DNA from: Nemertoderma westbladi
Lineage: Eukaryota; Animalia; Xenacoelomorpha
Direction: 5' to 3'
DNA length: 55,214 nt
Assembly: GCA_032718475.1 (NCBI GenBank)
Contig: JAUCBJ010001076.1
Coordinates: forward strand, 1 to 55,214
Positions 33,001 through 48,100 of the stretch are shown piece after piece. The notes below the pieces were generated by a model that saw only the letters and a list, made by a program, of their open reading frames with translations, made no database searches and was not told the DNA's origin. Both the position numbers and the translations under genes were made by a program. Position 1 is the stretch's first letter. The number at the start of each line of letters is the position of its first letter.

Positions 33001-35924
33001 TCCAAATTTAAGAAATTAAGCTTTTATTATATTTAAATATGCTCATTTTCGAATAAAATTACATACCCCAAGTCTCAAATCCAGAACCTGGTAAGATACA
33101 GTTCTCGTCTCATTAGCAATCCTCGCTTCACTCTTGCTCGGATTATAATACTACACACTGTAATCTTATGAAGTGCTAGATTATAAGAGTTTCAGTAAAT
33201 AGTTATGAAATATTTTTATTACTTTTCTGATATTGGACATCAAATACTTACTTACTATACCTCCGTTTAATCTAATAATTCAGTATTGTTATTGAATGAT
33301 GGTGATTGGGTTGTTTGGGAGATGCAATATGTTGAAATAAAAGGATATCATAATAATTATATTCGGTTAATGTCGTGTGTGTTCAACAGGCCATTTTAGA
33401 ACATCCAATCATATGCAACTATTATGGGATTTGTAAAGAAATTACCCAATACGATACAATACAACAATCAAGAATATAGTGTCTATCTAAAACATCACAA
33501 CAAATAGTCAAACATTTCGCCCAACAATACAACAATCAAGCCTACTGTACCGCATTAGCATGCCAAATTAGTGTACCGGTATTACATTAGCCACATCAGC
33601 GTATCACATTAGCTCAATACAGATTATCACATTAGCGTAGAACATCCAGGTCACCTAGGCCTAATGATTCCCCCCCCCCCCCCCATAACAACTTAAAAAA
33701 GGGACAGAATCTAGATTGCTCCACCCTTGCCACTTTGGGTTAACCGGTCCCCGGTGATCCGACTTCAACCAACCCACCCTAATGGTCCTTCACTTCACCA
33801 GCCCAGCCGCGTATTGGATCCTTTCGCTCCGCCGTCGCCCTTCCCGGTTGTGCGCCCGCGCTGTCTCCCTTAGTCCAAACATGGTAAAATAAGCTGTTAC
33901 CGCACAAGCGTAATTTGCATGCAACAGTCTGACAGTTGAGAGTAGAGATTAATTACTCAGAAACAAATCACATTTTAGCAGTTTTTAATCAATAAGAATA
34001 ATCAATAAATCAGGAATCAGAAGCAGTAATCAATTCAAAGTCACATTGTAAAGCAGAAAAACAGTAAAGTTCCGGCACTGCAAAAACTTGAATAACGGAA
34101 ATTAAAGATGGCGGCCAATAATAATCCTATTCGCAATCCTATTAATATCACAAGATCGTACGATATCCAGCTGGCTTTTCGTCCAATTAGAGAGCAGGAA
34201 ATCGCCAACTTAATTTGACATAAATAAAAGCGTAATTTAACGCAAATTAAACACAATTATCGATTTATACAGAAATAAAAGCGAATTTAGCACAATTATT
34301 AGGTAGATTTAGTAGATACTGTATAACGGCAAATATGTATACTGGATTTATCGGTTTTTGCCACCGTATTTAAATACATTGCGGTTTTATTATAAACTAT
34401 ACGTACTTAATTCTACATACTGTATAAAATGAAATGAATATAAAAAAAACTTGTAGATTTTATTTACCGTATCTAATTATAATACGATTGCATTACAAAT
34501 ACACTTATCTAATTTATTTTATTTTATACTGTATAATGGGCTGTTTCGGACACAACGCCATGTATCGTAACACCACTCCAAGAGAAACAGTCAATGTTTC
34601 TCTCAAATTGTAGAAGAGGTAGGGCGTTATTAAACAATAAAATAAAATTATACTTTCTCAAATAAATCAACTATTTTTGGTTCAATAATTCTATTACTAC
34701 ATACAAATATTGCCACTGATTATTGCATAAACTATTGCATAATTATGATTACATACAAATACAAATTAAATTACAAAATATACTTCAAAGGAAACTTATT
34801 TACAAATTACCATTCACTTATTGAAATAGGATATAGCTAGGACTATGTCAGGCTAATTATTATTAAACTAAATATAAATTGCATTTTTAAGATAAAAGTC
34901 AAATCATTTTAAAAATGTGTCATAACTTCGAGATGATTGGCATTGTCGTAAATGTGTTTTAAAGTTTGCTTACTTTTTAGGTTCTGGGGGGCTATTTAAA
35001 AAAGGGCCTAGTAAACAAAGGGTTAAGGCTGATTATTAAACTAAATATAAAAAATACGTAATAATTTCCTTCCTTTTAATTTCAAAACTTTTACTTAATT
35101 TCTTATAAAAATTGCCTTTACTAAAACTGCTTTTTAAAATCACCTTTACTTGATGATTGCTTAGGTGGAGTGATCGGTTTAAGCCAAACCCGCGGGTTTG
35201 TCTCTCCAACCACTTCCTTTGCCTCTTAATAATTCTTAATACAAATATATATACAAATATTAATCACAAATAATAACAAACAATTAAATAATGTATTTAC
35301 TATTTCAAACGGACTATAAAGTGTTTCCTTTACATATCTTCAGGCCTTCTTAATACTTTATTAAAAAAAAAATGTTATGTCTAAACTAAATCAAATAACA
35401 AATAAGTATAACATATACTAAAATCCGATTGTGATGGCTTTCTTTAGACTTAGAAATATATTCTTTGTAAGAAGTTATTTCAAGGTATGACTATTGCACC
35501 AGCATATAGTTCACTAATAGGTCTTAAATCGTGAGCAAAGTAATCGAGTTTAAGTGTGAGTTCAATAAGGCTATAGTACATAGTGAACTATATGAATCTC
35601 TAACTAATATTAACTGGGCAATAAATCTGGACGTATATGTCAGAGCGACGATGATATATAAAAGATTGGACATAATCGGGCTTAATAATACGTGCGTCGA
35701 AACTTCCCGAAATAATTTGGAGTAAAAATATCGTATAAATCGCGGTCGTGGGTATGGTTAGTAGACGGATGGATGGCGCGAATCTTTTGGATGTCGAAAC
35801 AGTCTGCGTTGCCTTTCCCGCGTCGCATCTTTACCTCATCTTGATACTCATGCATGAGTTTCTTCTCTGGGGAATTGGATCGTATGTGGACCGTGGACTC
35901 GAGAGTGCTAAACCCCCGGGTTTG

Positions 35925-36567
35925 TGTTAAACACTGGATGCGGTAGGCCCTATAAATAATCGTATATTCTTATCCACTACAGCACTAACTGACTGTCACA
36001 TATCGCCATCTACATATAATAAAAACAACCCACTACCGGTACCAACTGCTACTGTACTATCACGACAGCAGGACTTACAACAATGCCGGACTTAGATCAT
36101 GAATTGACTTTCATCGTGTACATAATATAGATATTGACATTCCTACACTTTTTTCTTTTTTTACTTTGTTTTTTTAAGGATAGTTTAAATCAAGTCTATT
36201 TTCCCTAATTTGATACAGTTCAGAAGGTTGAGTCCGTTGTCTCCCTTTTTGGTAAGACAATTGGCAATTTGAGCTGATCCAGGACACCAGTTTACAGATT
36301 TTATTTCTCCACGCTCCAGGGATTGTTTAATTGCCACAATGTCTATTCTTAACGTTTATCATCAACCATCTTTGTTGAATGTATTGCCTCAATCACACTT
36401 CGGTTATCAACATCGGCATCTATAGGAAGGGTAGACATACCAGGTTTTTTGAAGCCAAGTAATTCCAGAAGCAAGATCCGAATGTAAACAAATTTTTCTA
36501 TTCCCTCTTGAAGACTTAATGCTTCAGGTGCAATAGTTGAACGGACTACACGCTTTATTTTGTTAAC
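35925..36567 (-). mobile_element. Ty1/Copia relic (GalEa-like): RNase H C-terminus, PPT and a short putative 3' LTR
   Basis: Minus strand 36567-36186 reads KIKRVVRSTIAPEALSL ... DNRSVIEAIHSTKMVDDKR(fs)LRIDIVAIKQ ... WCPGSAQIANCLTKKG; then a purine tract and TGTCAA (36139) ... TTAACA (35925). Confidence 0.8.
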
Positions 36568-37799
36568 GAGCCCTGCGCCGCTTCGCGCTGCACTTCTAAA
36601 TCCTTAAGCGCACGATAAATAAAGATCACAGCTGTCAATTCAATCATCGTAGGTTAGTTAATCAGGCGGTTCTGGGGGCGCGAGTTAAATTCATGATGAT
36701 GATGATACGACTGTGGCTGCGGTGCAGGAGTTGCAACACACCCTGTGGAGAATTCAACACGTCCTCTGGAGCGGAGTTTGGGTCTCGTTTCAAGTGACGC
36801 GTTGCTTGTTTGTAAAGTTTCTTGTCAACTCATCTGCAGGGTGCAGCTGGGTTCGTTATCGCCTGAAAAGATGGAGGAGAGAGATTGCTGAAAGGCGCAG
36901 GCAGCTCAAAACTGGCAGGTCTGTCGCTCCAACGCAACACCAGTGGAGTCCCGTAAAGGATATCGGAAATCTAATTGTGGCGCCCGCAGCAGGGGTCAAA
37001 CCCTTACAATACATGGCAAGCCCATCGGGACCCAGCCAAAGCTTGACGTAGGACGAGGGCGCCGTGGTTACTATAACTTTCGTATCGAGAACGCTGACGA
37101 CTGGATCAACCACTAATATATAACTCTATGATGCTATCCGCTGAACCAGTGCCACAGGTTTATATGATTCCAGACCCCTATTGCGAGATTGAGACGTGTA
37201 CAACATCTATCAACCAGCAGTCAGTATCGTGGGGTTGGCCACCCGAGCTACCTGGCTCACCTGCCAGCAGCTTAGGTTCAGTGCTCCAAACTCTGCCCCA
37301 CTCTCAAGCTATTCTCGGTATCTATTCCCATGCATAGCGCAAAAACTTTGGAGATAAACTGGCCGTGACCGACTCACTTTTTGATACCCAAACTACTCCC
37401 CATACTTGTACTAAAATAGTGTAGTTAGAATGAGCATTAATTATCCCGGCGCTCGACTAAACCAAACTCACGGGTTTGATTATCGAACGCCTCTCTCAAC
37501 AACAAACTACTGAGTGGGGTCTGTGTACGCCGCTGGTGCTACTAACCTTTACCACCCTTGGTTGTTGTACTGTTGGCACCAATCTGTGGAATCTACTGAA
37601 CTCAATTTACAATCCTAAATATAATAGCCGTGACCATAGTGTTCTGATACGACATTTTCACGACTTTCAAATTGCTGTGTTCATATAAACATGTCTCTAC
37701 TGTGGACACGTCTATTCTACGTTTGAATTTGTCTTGGGTTCAACTGTAATTACAATTTTGAACTTTCGAATCGGAAAATTTTTGATTTGATTCCCACTA

Positions 37800-40435
37800 G
37801 ACAAATTTTCTAACGAAATTCACCACAAACCCGCTCCTATGCATTTCCGAGTATTTGCATACGAGGAATGCATACGAAGTGAATTTGCGTTTCTGACACT
37901 AATCTTGTTTTGAGTCAGAAGACAAGTTATAGTCTTCTGTCTCAATTCGTGTTTCCTCTGATAACACGATATCTTGTGCCAGTCTATCCAAGGTGTGTAA
38001 ACCCTTAGTTTTACATTTTTCCTGTATGGACACTTGCATTTGAGTTTTACTTTTGGCGCACCTCGCACATTCCGTGCAGGGCATTTATGTCGTAACTAAC
38101 CTTTCCAGATCTTGTAGTTACATATATATCCCGCTACAGTGAACCTTCGAACCGCTCCATTGGACCTTCATGCCGCTCCAGTAGATATTCAGGCCGCTCC
38201 ATTGAATATTCAGGCCGCTCCATTGAATATTCAGGCCGCTCCATTGAATATTCAGGCCGCTCCATTGAATATTCAGGCCGCTCCATTGAATATTCAGGCC
38301 GCTCCATTGAATATTCATTCCGCTCCAATGAATATTCAGGCCGCTCCAATGACTCTTCAGGCCGCTCCAATGACTCTTCAGGCCGCTCCAATGAGTCTAG
38401 TCTGGCCTTTGCTATATATTTGGTGGGTTTACTAACCTTTATTTCCACATCTAATGAATGGCATTGGATTTGTAACAATCTGGCCAGTGTTCCTGTGTCT
38501 TTGTTAAGAACTCTGGTCCGTGTAACCAAAACTCTTGTGATTCTTCCTGACAGAATTGCGATGGCATGGCGCCTCTTGAAGTTATGTTGGCAGGGTTTAA
38601 TACTCTTGGACAATGTCTCCCTTGCTCCTTTGTCGAAAACTCGACTATTTGAGCGCGTCTATTTGCCACACACGTTTTTTGTGCAATATTGTCCGCTGTA
38701 ATATATACTAGCACCAAAGATGCGTCCGTCCAATAAAATAATGTCAATGTAGTATCTAATTCCTCCTTGATCTGTTTACTTACCTCTACAGACAGATCTG
38801 ATAACCATATTTGCCTCATGCAGATCCTAGCTTGCAATATTACTGGGCTTAAAAAGGTCATCGGATCAAAGAGTCTGCTCATTGTGGATAAGCAAACCCT
38901 CTTCGTTAATGTCTTGTCGGGACTGTTAGGCTCAAATCTTACTGTTACCTGAAACTTGTCTGTATTCGGGTTCCACCCGAGTCCTAATACACGCGCGATG
39001 GGAATACGCTCTACGCCTAACTCAATGTCTCACGATCCTTTACCGGGAAGGACTCCAACAACGCTTCCGAGTTGGTTGCAAACTTGGTCAGAGGAAAACA
39101 TCCCGTCGCTAAACATTTCTGCAGACCGTGTGCTACTTCTATTGCCTCTTCTACAGTGTCTTGGAAACCAATGTGTCATCCATGTAGAAGTTCCTAAGGA
39201 TCGACACAATAACATCTGCCGGATAATTCCCAATTTGAGCCATCGTGTTCTTCTTGAGAAAGAACAATGTGCTGTTCGGGCTGTCGTGGTCACCGAATAT
39301 CCTAACATACATCTGGTATGTAACCACCGGACCTGATAAGTCTTCATTCACATACCAGAGAAACCTGAGGCTATCCTGATCCGCCTTGCAGGCCCGTACT
39401 TGATGAAACATTGCCTCAATGTCACATGTAAACGCGAATAGGCGCTGTCTAAAGCGTAGCAGTATCCCGATTAAATAGTTATTTAAATTGGGACCGACCA
39501 TAAGTTCTGAGTTTAGGGACATTTTGTAAACTGCAGCGCAATCGTTCACTACGCGGAATTTGTTAGGTTTATCTGGGTGTGTCACATAATGATGTGGGAG
39601 ATATGAAGTCTGGTTGGACTCGATCTCTGGGTTCTCTACTTTCCTGGCGAATCCCTTTGTTAGATAATTGTTTATCTGGGCGCAGTATTTCTCCTTTATG
39701 TACTGATTTCTTAACAGCAGCATTCTCACCCCAGTCAATCGTTTTAACGCCAGATTGTAATTGTTTTCTAATTGTGGAGGTTGTTGACGCCTCAACATCC
39801 CGACCTCAAAATGTCCGTTTGGCAACAGCCGTATAGTATCATCCATTATATCTATCGACTTCTTATCGTCTGCAGACATAGTTACGTCATATCCTCCAGG
39901 TTTCATTGTGTCCTTATCTAACCATTCTATCGTCTTAGCTCTTAGCTCAAGGTCTTGATGAATCATTTCCTTTTTTAACTCTTTGGCGCTTAGTTTAAAA
40001 CTATCGAGTTCTCGATATTTCGCCACCTGACCTTCCACTATGTTGGCATATGTCATGACATTACTCAAAAACGTTGAGTGAGCTACTGAACCAGACCCAC
40101 GGGTTTGATAACTGTAGTCCTCGGGTTCACTGTCCGTTCGATTGCTATAGAGCGATTCTGACAATTTCACGTTACCAGGATATGACTCTTCCTCTGATTC
40201 GCTGAAATCACTGTAAAGATCAATGCAGGTTCTCCTGAAATCGTCTATATCCGGTTGTTTTACAGAATTGCAGGGGGTTAGGTGATGTCTGTTGTGTCGT
40301 TTGTGAGTCGCCTCATCCACGAATCGGCTCGTCGCCACTTGGGAACTCGTATGCGATGGGTATGTGCGTATACCAACCCAATATAGTCCTGTGGGCATGT
40401 GGTCCGTTTACATACAGCTCAGCTGGTTTTGTTTC
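37800..40435 (-). pseudogene. Degenerate, truncated BEL/Pao pol (end of protease, RT, partial RNase H)
   Basis: HAHRTILGWY; KFRVVNDCAA, CDIEAMFHQV, LRFLW, FYMDD; RLFDPMTFLSP, FYWTDA, LNPANITSRG. Frameshifts and deletions are present; no integrase or LTR was seen. Confidence 0.9.
38150..38395. repeat. 21-bp tandem repeat inside the BEL relic
   Basis: TTCAGGCCGCTCCATTGAATA, about 11 copies; reads ERPEYSM on the minus strand. Confidence 0.95.
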
Positions 40436-40878
40436 CCATATTTGGGTGTACTGCAAGGTGACACATTGGCGCCATTACTATTTGTAATGATACTGGAATA
40501 TGCAAGGGGGACTGCCACAAAGGGTGATGATCTGGGATTTACACTTCAAGAACGCAGAAGTAGTAGATATCCGGCAACTACAGTCACAGACACCGACTTT
40601 GCGGATGACATCGCCCTGCTCTCTAATACGCTAGCAGATGCGCAGCTTATACTGGATATAGTGGAGGGCTGCTAAGGAGATTGGATTGCATATAAATGCC
40701 ACCAAGACCGAATTCATGGCCTTTAATGTTAATGGAAACTTCACAACAATTGATAATAATCAACCAAGGAAGGTTGATGACTTCCAGTACCTTTGGTCAC
40801 TGATAGAGAGCAGCAAAAAAGCCATAGAAGTCGGCCAAAGCAAAGGCTTGGGTAGCTCTATCTAAAATGGATACTACT
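40436..40878 (+). pseudogene. RTE-like LINE RT fragment, 5' half of an interrupted copy
   Basis: GVLQGDTLAPLLF ... DFADDIALLS ... AWVALSKMDT. Confidence 0.85.
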
Positions 40879-40879
40879 A

Positions 40880-42265
40880 CAATAGGAACGGCGTGCTGCA
40901 TTGCAGCTGCATTTTTAAGAATGCTGTGCCGGCTTGTCGACAAAATTGCGCCGCCATAACTCCCTATCACCCATGACATTTGCTAGATCATCCGCATCTT
41001 CAAGGTCAGTGTCCTTTAAGATGCGTCTCAAGAAAGTTATGGGCTGTCCACCATGCTTATTCACTCCATGAGGCTGCCATAGTACAAGATTATGCACTGG
41101 CTGGTCCTCACGGCGAAAGCAATGTCCTGCAAAGCGGAGGCGATTCTGTTCTAGTGTCAAGCTTGGGGGAACCAATGAGACACCTCCAATGTTATATAGT
41201 GTCTGGTTGGAGATGTGTGCGTTGTACTTGACACAATGAACCCGGCGTAGCATTCTTGTGAATGTGCCATCCAGACAGAGATTTGGTGTCCTCAGCAGTT
41301 AGAGCCCAGCATTTACTCCCATAGAGGAGTACTGGAACTACTGCTGCTCTAAATAATCGGACCTTAAGTTTCCGATTAATTCTCGGTGACTTCCAAATCC
41401 TGGAAAGCCTATTCAAGGCTGCCCATGCCTTTCCCTTACGTATTCGAAGGTCCTCACCTGACTTCCGGATCCATGATCCCAGGTAACAGAAGTCGTCCAC
41501 ATGCTCAAGCATACCATCCTTTGAGCTTATGCTCATCCGATCAGAGACTTGCTGAGGACTTTCAAAGTTAACGGTCAGAATTTTGGTCTTTCTGGAGTTA
41601 ATAAAAAGACCAACACTAGAAGCAGCATGTTCTAATGAGCTGAGGAGCCGTTGGGCTCCCTCTAATGATTCTGAGAGTATTCCTAAGTCATCTGCAAAGT
41701 CTAGATCAGTTAGGTACTTGGCAGGATTTCCTCGACTTCTGAAGCCAGTAGGTGGAGTTATCATCATCCCATCCTCATTATGATGATCTAAGGACATGCG
41801 TAGAACATAGTCAACCACAATTATGAACAAGAATGGTGCAATTGTGTCTCCCTGGAGGACGCCCCATAACACTTCAAATGGTTCTGTGTCACCGTTAACA
41901 GTAGACACAAATGTTGTCGAACAATCGTATACTGATCTGATTGCTGCAATAACTTCATCAGGAATCCCATATAATGAAAGTATGCTGAACATACGTGAGC
42001 GGGAGACTGAATCAAAGTCAACAATGATAACAGCCAGATACCTGTCTTTCTTTTTTGATAACTCTTCAATTATCCTTCTAAGTGCCAAACTGGGCTCCAT
42101 GGTCCCACGACCTTTAGGGAATCCATTCTGATTTCCACGGAACAGTCTCTCAATGGGATCCCTGATGCGATTTAATAGAATTCTATTGTATAGCATTGCA
42201 GCAATCGAGATCAATGAGATTCCCCGAAAAGAACCAGAGTGTAAGGTTGCCCTTCGTGGGAACTG
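40880..42265 (-). pseudogene. RTE-like LINE (RT and C-terminal region), 5'-truncated and frameshifted
   Basis: NQNGFPKGRGT, GVLQGDTIAPFLF, DFADDL, FCYLGS, VLLYGS, RLRFAGHCFR. Confidence 0.9.
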
Positions 42266-42383
42266 GCACCAACTTATTTGTTTTCATTTTTGTGGGACTC
42301 TTGTTGTTCGGTACATGTCTACTATGAGATAGATGAGCTTTAAACACCGCCTGGAAACCACCTGATTCCGGAAACCTCCGCAT

Positions 42384-42860
42384 ACCACCTGGAAATCAGA
42401 TCTCTCCAGGCACCTGAATACAAAGTTCTTTCGAGCCACAGTGGAAAGTGTACTTTTATACGGGGGTGAGACCTGGACACTGACGAAATCATTTAAACAA
42501 CGAATTGATGGTTGCTACACAAGACTAGTAAGGGCAGCCCTAAACATCAGCTGGAGACAACACATGACAAACGCCGAGCTTTAAGGTACATTACCACCTG
42601 TATCAACCACCCTCCGTGAACGCAGATTAATATTCAGTGGGCACTGCTGGCGAAGTAAAGACGAGGTCATACCAGATCTACTTCTCTGGTAACCAACTCA
42701 TGGAAAGCGTAGACGTGGACGACCGGCCATAACATATATAGATCAACTTGAAAGGGATACTGAACTTGGGAGAAACGAAATTGCGACAACTATGGAGAAT
42801 CGGGAAGCCTGGAAGGATCTCATTTCCACTGACCGAATTCACTCGACCTAGTAGTAGTTT
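42384..42860 (+). pseudogene. RTE-like LINE 3' half, continuing 40436-40878, with a (TAG)n tail
   Basis: TTWKSDLSRHLNTKFFRATVESVLLYGGETWTLT ... RRLIFSGHCWR ... RGRPAITYIDQL. Confidence 0.85.
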
Positions 42861-43755
42861 GTAGTTGGAGGATAAGAATTTAAGAATAAAATTCCTAATG
42901 AGTTAAGAATGGCAAGTCATTGAGATTGTTTAATAGCGTTTCTATCACACCATTTTTTCATTACCGACTCATTATAGCTAATATTCCTAAATTATTTATG
43001 GTGCTTCTTAATATTTTTAAAATTGATAATTCCATATCATAATAACATACATAATTATGATTATGATTAATTATAATTATGTATACATAATAATATGTAA
43101 TATAATTTTATTCAGTATTCAGTATTATTTATAATTCTACCATTCGTATATCAGCTGCATAAACCATTCATTATCTTAATATAAATTAACTTAAAATACC
43201 AACTTATTTTATCTATTGGTAGCGGATACGAACAAGGGATCTCTCTCAAACCTGTGTGATAGCTAAATAATGAAAGCGAAACTAAAGATTCTGGCTCACC
43301 CACTAAGGAGTAGGGAGTTGAAACTCTGTAATAAATATGTAATAATGAAATACGGTGGATAGTAATTATTATTTAACCATAGCACTCCAAATTGTTAATA
43401 AAGCACAAAAAGTTCATATGAGCTTTAGTTTAAATACCGGCAGTGCACCATAGTGCGGCCTACGGATTATATTAATAAACATGCACCACAGCTACCAGAC
43501 AAATTACTAACTATGATTAAACTACGCTACTATATGCTACTTAAACTAATAAAACATAAAATGCAAAACATAAATGAAACAGTGAGGCGAGCGACGTAAT
43601 GAGCGAGCCTTTAGCATATTGTTATTACTATTTCTCTTACCGCAGGTCTCATTGATATGTCAAGTAAAAGTCTTTAAAATTAACTAAAACATCGATTTTC
43701 TGCAACATTAAGCTATACGTGCTGCGCGAAGGCCCCACCAACTTGTTAAATCGAT

Positions 43756-45128
43756 TTAGTTATGGGATGATAGTTGAATCTGCGAGACTGTTTTATAGGA
43801 TTCAGCCTTGCGATTTTCGTTCGCAACTGTGTCAGTAGAGGCTGTGGTTACCTTGGTAATCTGATAACGCGACCTGGTCTCTTCATTCACATGCAACTCG
43901 ATAGTGGGCCTCGATGACGTCGCGAGATCCCGGCCACCGGAAGTAGTCATAGGGGAACTCCTGAAACCAGTGAGCTCAGACATCCGGTCGCTGCTGTAAG
44001 GTCGGGGTGTGGAATAGCTGGCGAGTTTTCCAAGACGACCACTAGGGGACAGATTAGAACCATATAAAGTCTTATTCTCTCTAGATGAGTTGTCTGGAGT
44101 CTTTAATCCGCCGGAGAGTTTCACCTTGTTCCGTTGTTTACTCTCGGTTATTGTTACGGGATTAATGTCCGATGGTGCTCTATTATCTATTATTAAAGCG
44201 TTTTTTACCTGCGCGTCACTTCCGGTAGAGAAGTTAGTTTTCGGCAGGCTCTGCGCGGCGCCCCCACTTCCTATTGGGTACTTGTATTCATGTTTAATCG
44301 TGTTTAAACTCGACTTGTGGTCATGTTGGCGACGGAGTTGCATATTCGTCAACTCCAGTTGGCGTAGTTTCGTACCGGAATCGCTCATCACTTTAGTTAC
44401 GGGAGTTTCCCGAGGGAGTTTCTCGCGGTTGTCCTGGTCGGAGTCGAAGGTGAACTGAGTGTCGTCGATAGTGTTGGATTGTTCGATAGACTCGGGTTCC
44501 TCGCGGCGTCGGACTGGGGTTTCTTCCTCATCGTCGTCGTCGGCGTACGGGATGTCCGGCGAAGGTGGACGCGGAGGCGCGGTAGCGTCGACACGCGAGT
44601 CGAAAGTAACCGATTTATATGTCGGGCTGCCGCCGACCGCGGGGGGAACTTTTACTTTCGGTTTTGGTTTAATCGGCGGTTTGGCGGTTCGTAAGGGTGG
44701 TTTTGGTGCGATTCGGGCAGACTGTGGTGACGGTGTAGGTTGGTTCCTAATAGACCGCACTGGCGGCGTTGCCGGAGTCACTTGTATTGGAGGTATTGGT
44801 CGAATCGGTTGTAGATCAACTGTTTTACTTTCATTTTCTTTCATAATTTCCTCTCTTAATAATTCGATTCGTGTGTTTTTCTCACTAATAGTTTCACAAG
44901 ATGACGATGTAACAACCGACGTATTGGGCTTTATGTGTCTAGCAGCCGGGCTTACCGGGGGGGTTACATGTTTTCTCGTCTTCGGTACGGGAACCGGAAT
45001 AGTCGTTGGTGGTCCCGCCAGTCGCGCAGGTGGGGTCATTGCCCGGCCGGGTATTAACTTTCGTGATGCAGGCGAAGGAGTTTTACCTTCACGTTGTTTT
45101 GTTTCAAGAGTTGATGTTTTAATATATC
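43756..45128 (-). CDS. Terminal coding exon of the host gene (proline-rich, disordered)
   Basis: Acceptor ATTATTTTCTAG at 45129; in frame with the 427-aa ORF; PxxP-rich (APKPPLRTAKPPIKPKPK, APPRPPSP). Confidence 0.85.
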
Positions 45129-48100
45129 CTAGAAAATAATAATGAAAATAGTTGTATTTCTGTTGTTGACTCTCAATATTATATTAAATGTAATAATAGT
45201 AACTTAATATAACTCATATGAATACTATTGGTCGCTAATCCTTTATTATATTAAATTTCACACAACACATCTCAGCATTATTACAAAACAACAAAGAGGC
45301 ATCTTCAGTTTGTAAATATTACTGTATACTACTACTACTACTACTACTACTAGGTCGAGCGAACTCTGACAATGCATCTGTATTATAGTCAATCCATCAA
45401 TCCAATGTCCCCTAATCTTACAACCTTGATTCTGAGCTCTTGAATATACAGTATGACATGATACAGGTAAGATATCAATCAGGAAGATCAACACATGTAG
45501 GAAATTATGTAGGAAATCAACACAAATTCACGGGATTAAAAATCATTAGAAAGGAATTAAAATTGTCCAACATAACATAGAGGATTACCCCGAAAGCTTT
45601 GGAACTAATTTCCAACTTCCACCGGTATTTTCTAGAAGAGAAACGTCATCAAACCGCCTCTATGTAACTCTGCAATATTATTAACTAAGAATATGGAATT
45701 ATTATAATATAAATAAATATTTTGCGTTAAATTATTAATACTTAATTTATATGAATATTGCCAATTACTCTCATCCCATATATTAATAATTGATGCAACA
45801 CCTGATAGTTGAAGGACTTTGATAAAAAAATAAATACAACGTTTAATTTGGGGCTTCGTCACAAATTAATTCTGGTAAATAAAACGGGCTATTTATAGAA
45901 AACCAACGCATGTGGTTGTTGAATGTTGATGGAGCAAGTATTAAGGCTGAATTGTGGGGCGAACCAAGAAGTTTTTCTTAGCATTTGGATAACGGTATAA
46001 TTATTGAACCGTCTAACATGGCGCGTTTTCGTTGGACGCCATAAGTCGGTCAAATGGAAACAAACGTGGTACACAATAAGTAGTCTATCAATAGTTTAGA
46101 AATTCTACACACAGCCAAACTTCTATAGCTCCTCTGTTTGCCGCTAAGGGGCGACTGAGTAGTCCACTAATTATACCCCTACGTGGAGGCTCCTCTGGAC
46201 TTCGTGCTGTGTACGACCGTGATGGTTATTGTGGATATGGCAGTCAGTCTGTCACTGTCACACAACAGGGCTAGTGGCTGCGGACCGGATGGCAGAAAAC
46301 AAAAAGTCTACCTGAAAACAACTGTTACAACTCACCTGATTGATGTGTCTGTGAGTGGTCCAACTTCTTCACCGGCAGTGTAGAGTATTTTGATTGACTA
46401 GCTGAGCCTGTTTCTACATCAGAACCCATATACTGACGGTCCTGTCTAGGGGAAAGGAGTCTGCAAAATAACATCATACCGCTATTTATTTTCCGGCCTT
46501 TACTGCTTTATAATTATTTTTAAACTTATTGACCGTGGCCGATCTTTTGATTGTGTAAATGGCCGACTGTATACCTTTTGATTGTATGAATGGCCGACTC
46601 AATACCTTTTGATTGTATGAATGGCCGACTGTATACATTTTGATTGTATGAATGACGGCTGTATACCTTTTGATTGTATGAATGGCCGACTGAATACCTA
46701 TTGATTGTATGAATGGCCGACTGTACACCTTTTGATTGTATGAATGGCCGACTGTACACCTTTTGATTGTATGAATGGCCGACTGTACACCTTTTGATTG
46801 TATGAATGGCCGACTGTATACCTTTTGATTGTATGGATGGCCGACTGTATACCTTTTGATTGTATGAATGGCCGACTGTATACCTTTTGATTGTGTGGAT
46901 GGCCGACTGTACACCTTTTGATTGTATGAATGGCCGACTGAATACCTATTGATTGTATGAATGGCCGACTGTACACCTTTTGATTGTATGAATGGCCGAC
47001 TGTACACCTTTTGATTGTATGAATGGCCGACTGAATACCTTTTGATTGTATGAATGGCCGACTGTACACCTTTTGATTGTATGAATGGCCGACTGTACAC
47101 CTTTTGATTGTATGAATGGCCGACTGTATACCTTTGATTGTATGAATGGCCGACTGTATACCTTTTGATTGTATGAATGGCCGACTGTACACCTTTTGAT
47201 TGTATGAATGGCCGATTGTATACCTTTTGATTGTATGAATGGCCGACTGTACACCTTTTGATTGTATGAATGGCCGACTGAATACCTATTGATTGTATGA
47301 ATGGCCGACTGTACACCTTTTGATTGTATGAATGGCCGACTGTACACCTTTTGATTGTATGAATGGCCGACTGTATACCTTTTGATTGTATGAATGGCCG
47401 ACTGTATATCTTTTGATTGTATGAATGGCCGACTGAATACCTTTTGATTGTATGAATGGCCGACTGTATACCTTTTGATTGTATGAATGACGGCTGTATA
47501 CCTATTGATTGTATGAATGGCCGACTGTATACTTTTTGATTGTATGAATGGCCGACTGTATACCTTTTGATTGTATGAATGGCCGACTGTACACCTTTTG
47601 ATTGTATGAATGGCCGACTGAATACCTTTTGATTGTATGAATGGCCGACTGTACACCTTTTGATTGTATGAATGGCCGACTGTACACCTTTTGATTGTAT
47701 GAATGGCCGACTGTATACCTTTGATTGTATGAATGGCCGACTGTATACCTTTTGATTGTATGAATGGCCGACTGTACACCTTTTGATTGTATGAATGGCC
47801 GATTGTATACCTTTTGATTGTATGAATGGCCGACTGTACACCTTTTGATTGTATGAATGGCCGACTGAATACCTATTGATTGTATGAATGGCCGACTGTA
47901 CACCTTTTGATTGTATGAATGGCCGACTGTACACCTTTTGATTGTATGAATGGCCGACTGTATACCTTTTGATTGTATGAATGGCCGACTGTATATCTTT
48001 TGATTGTATGAATGGCCGACTGAATACCTTTTGATTGTATGAATGGCCGACTGTATACCTTTTGATTGTATGAATGACGGCTGTATACCTATTGATTGTA

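Noticed and set aside
36570-37800. Short ORFs between the Copia and BEL relics
   Set aside because: No recognisable motif, LTR or splice structure; left unannotated.
44090-45139. Plus-strand ORFs of 122 and 226 aa (likewise 21055-21687 and 25098-25654)
   Set aside because: Antisense shadows of real minus-strand coding sequence.
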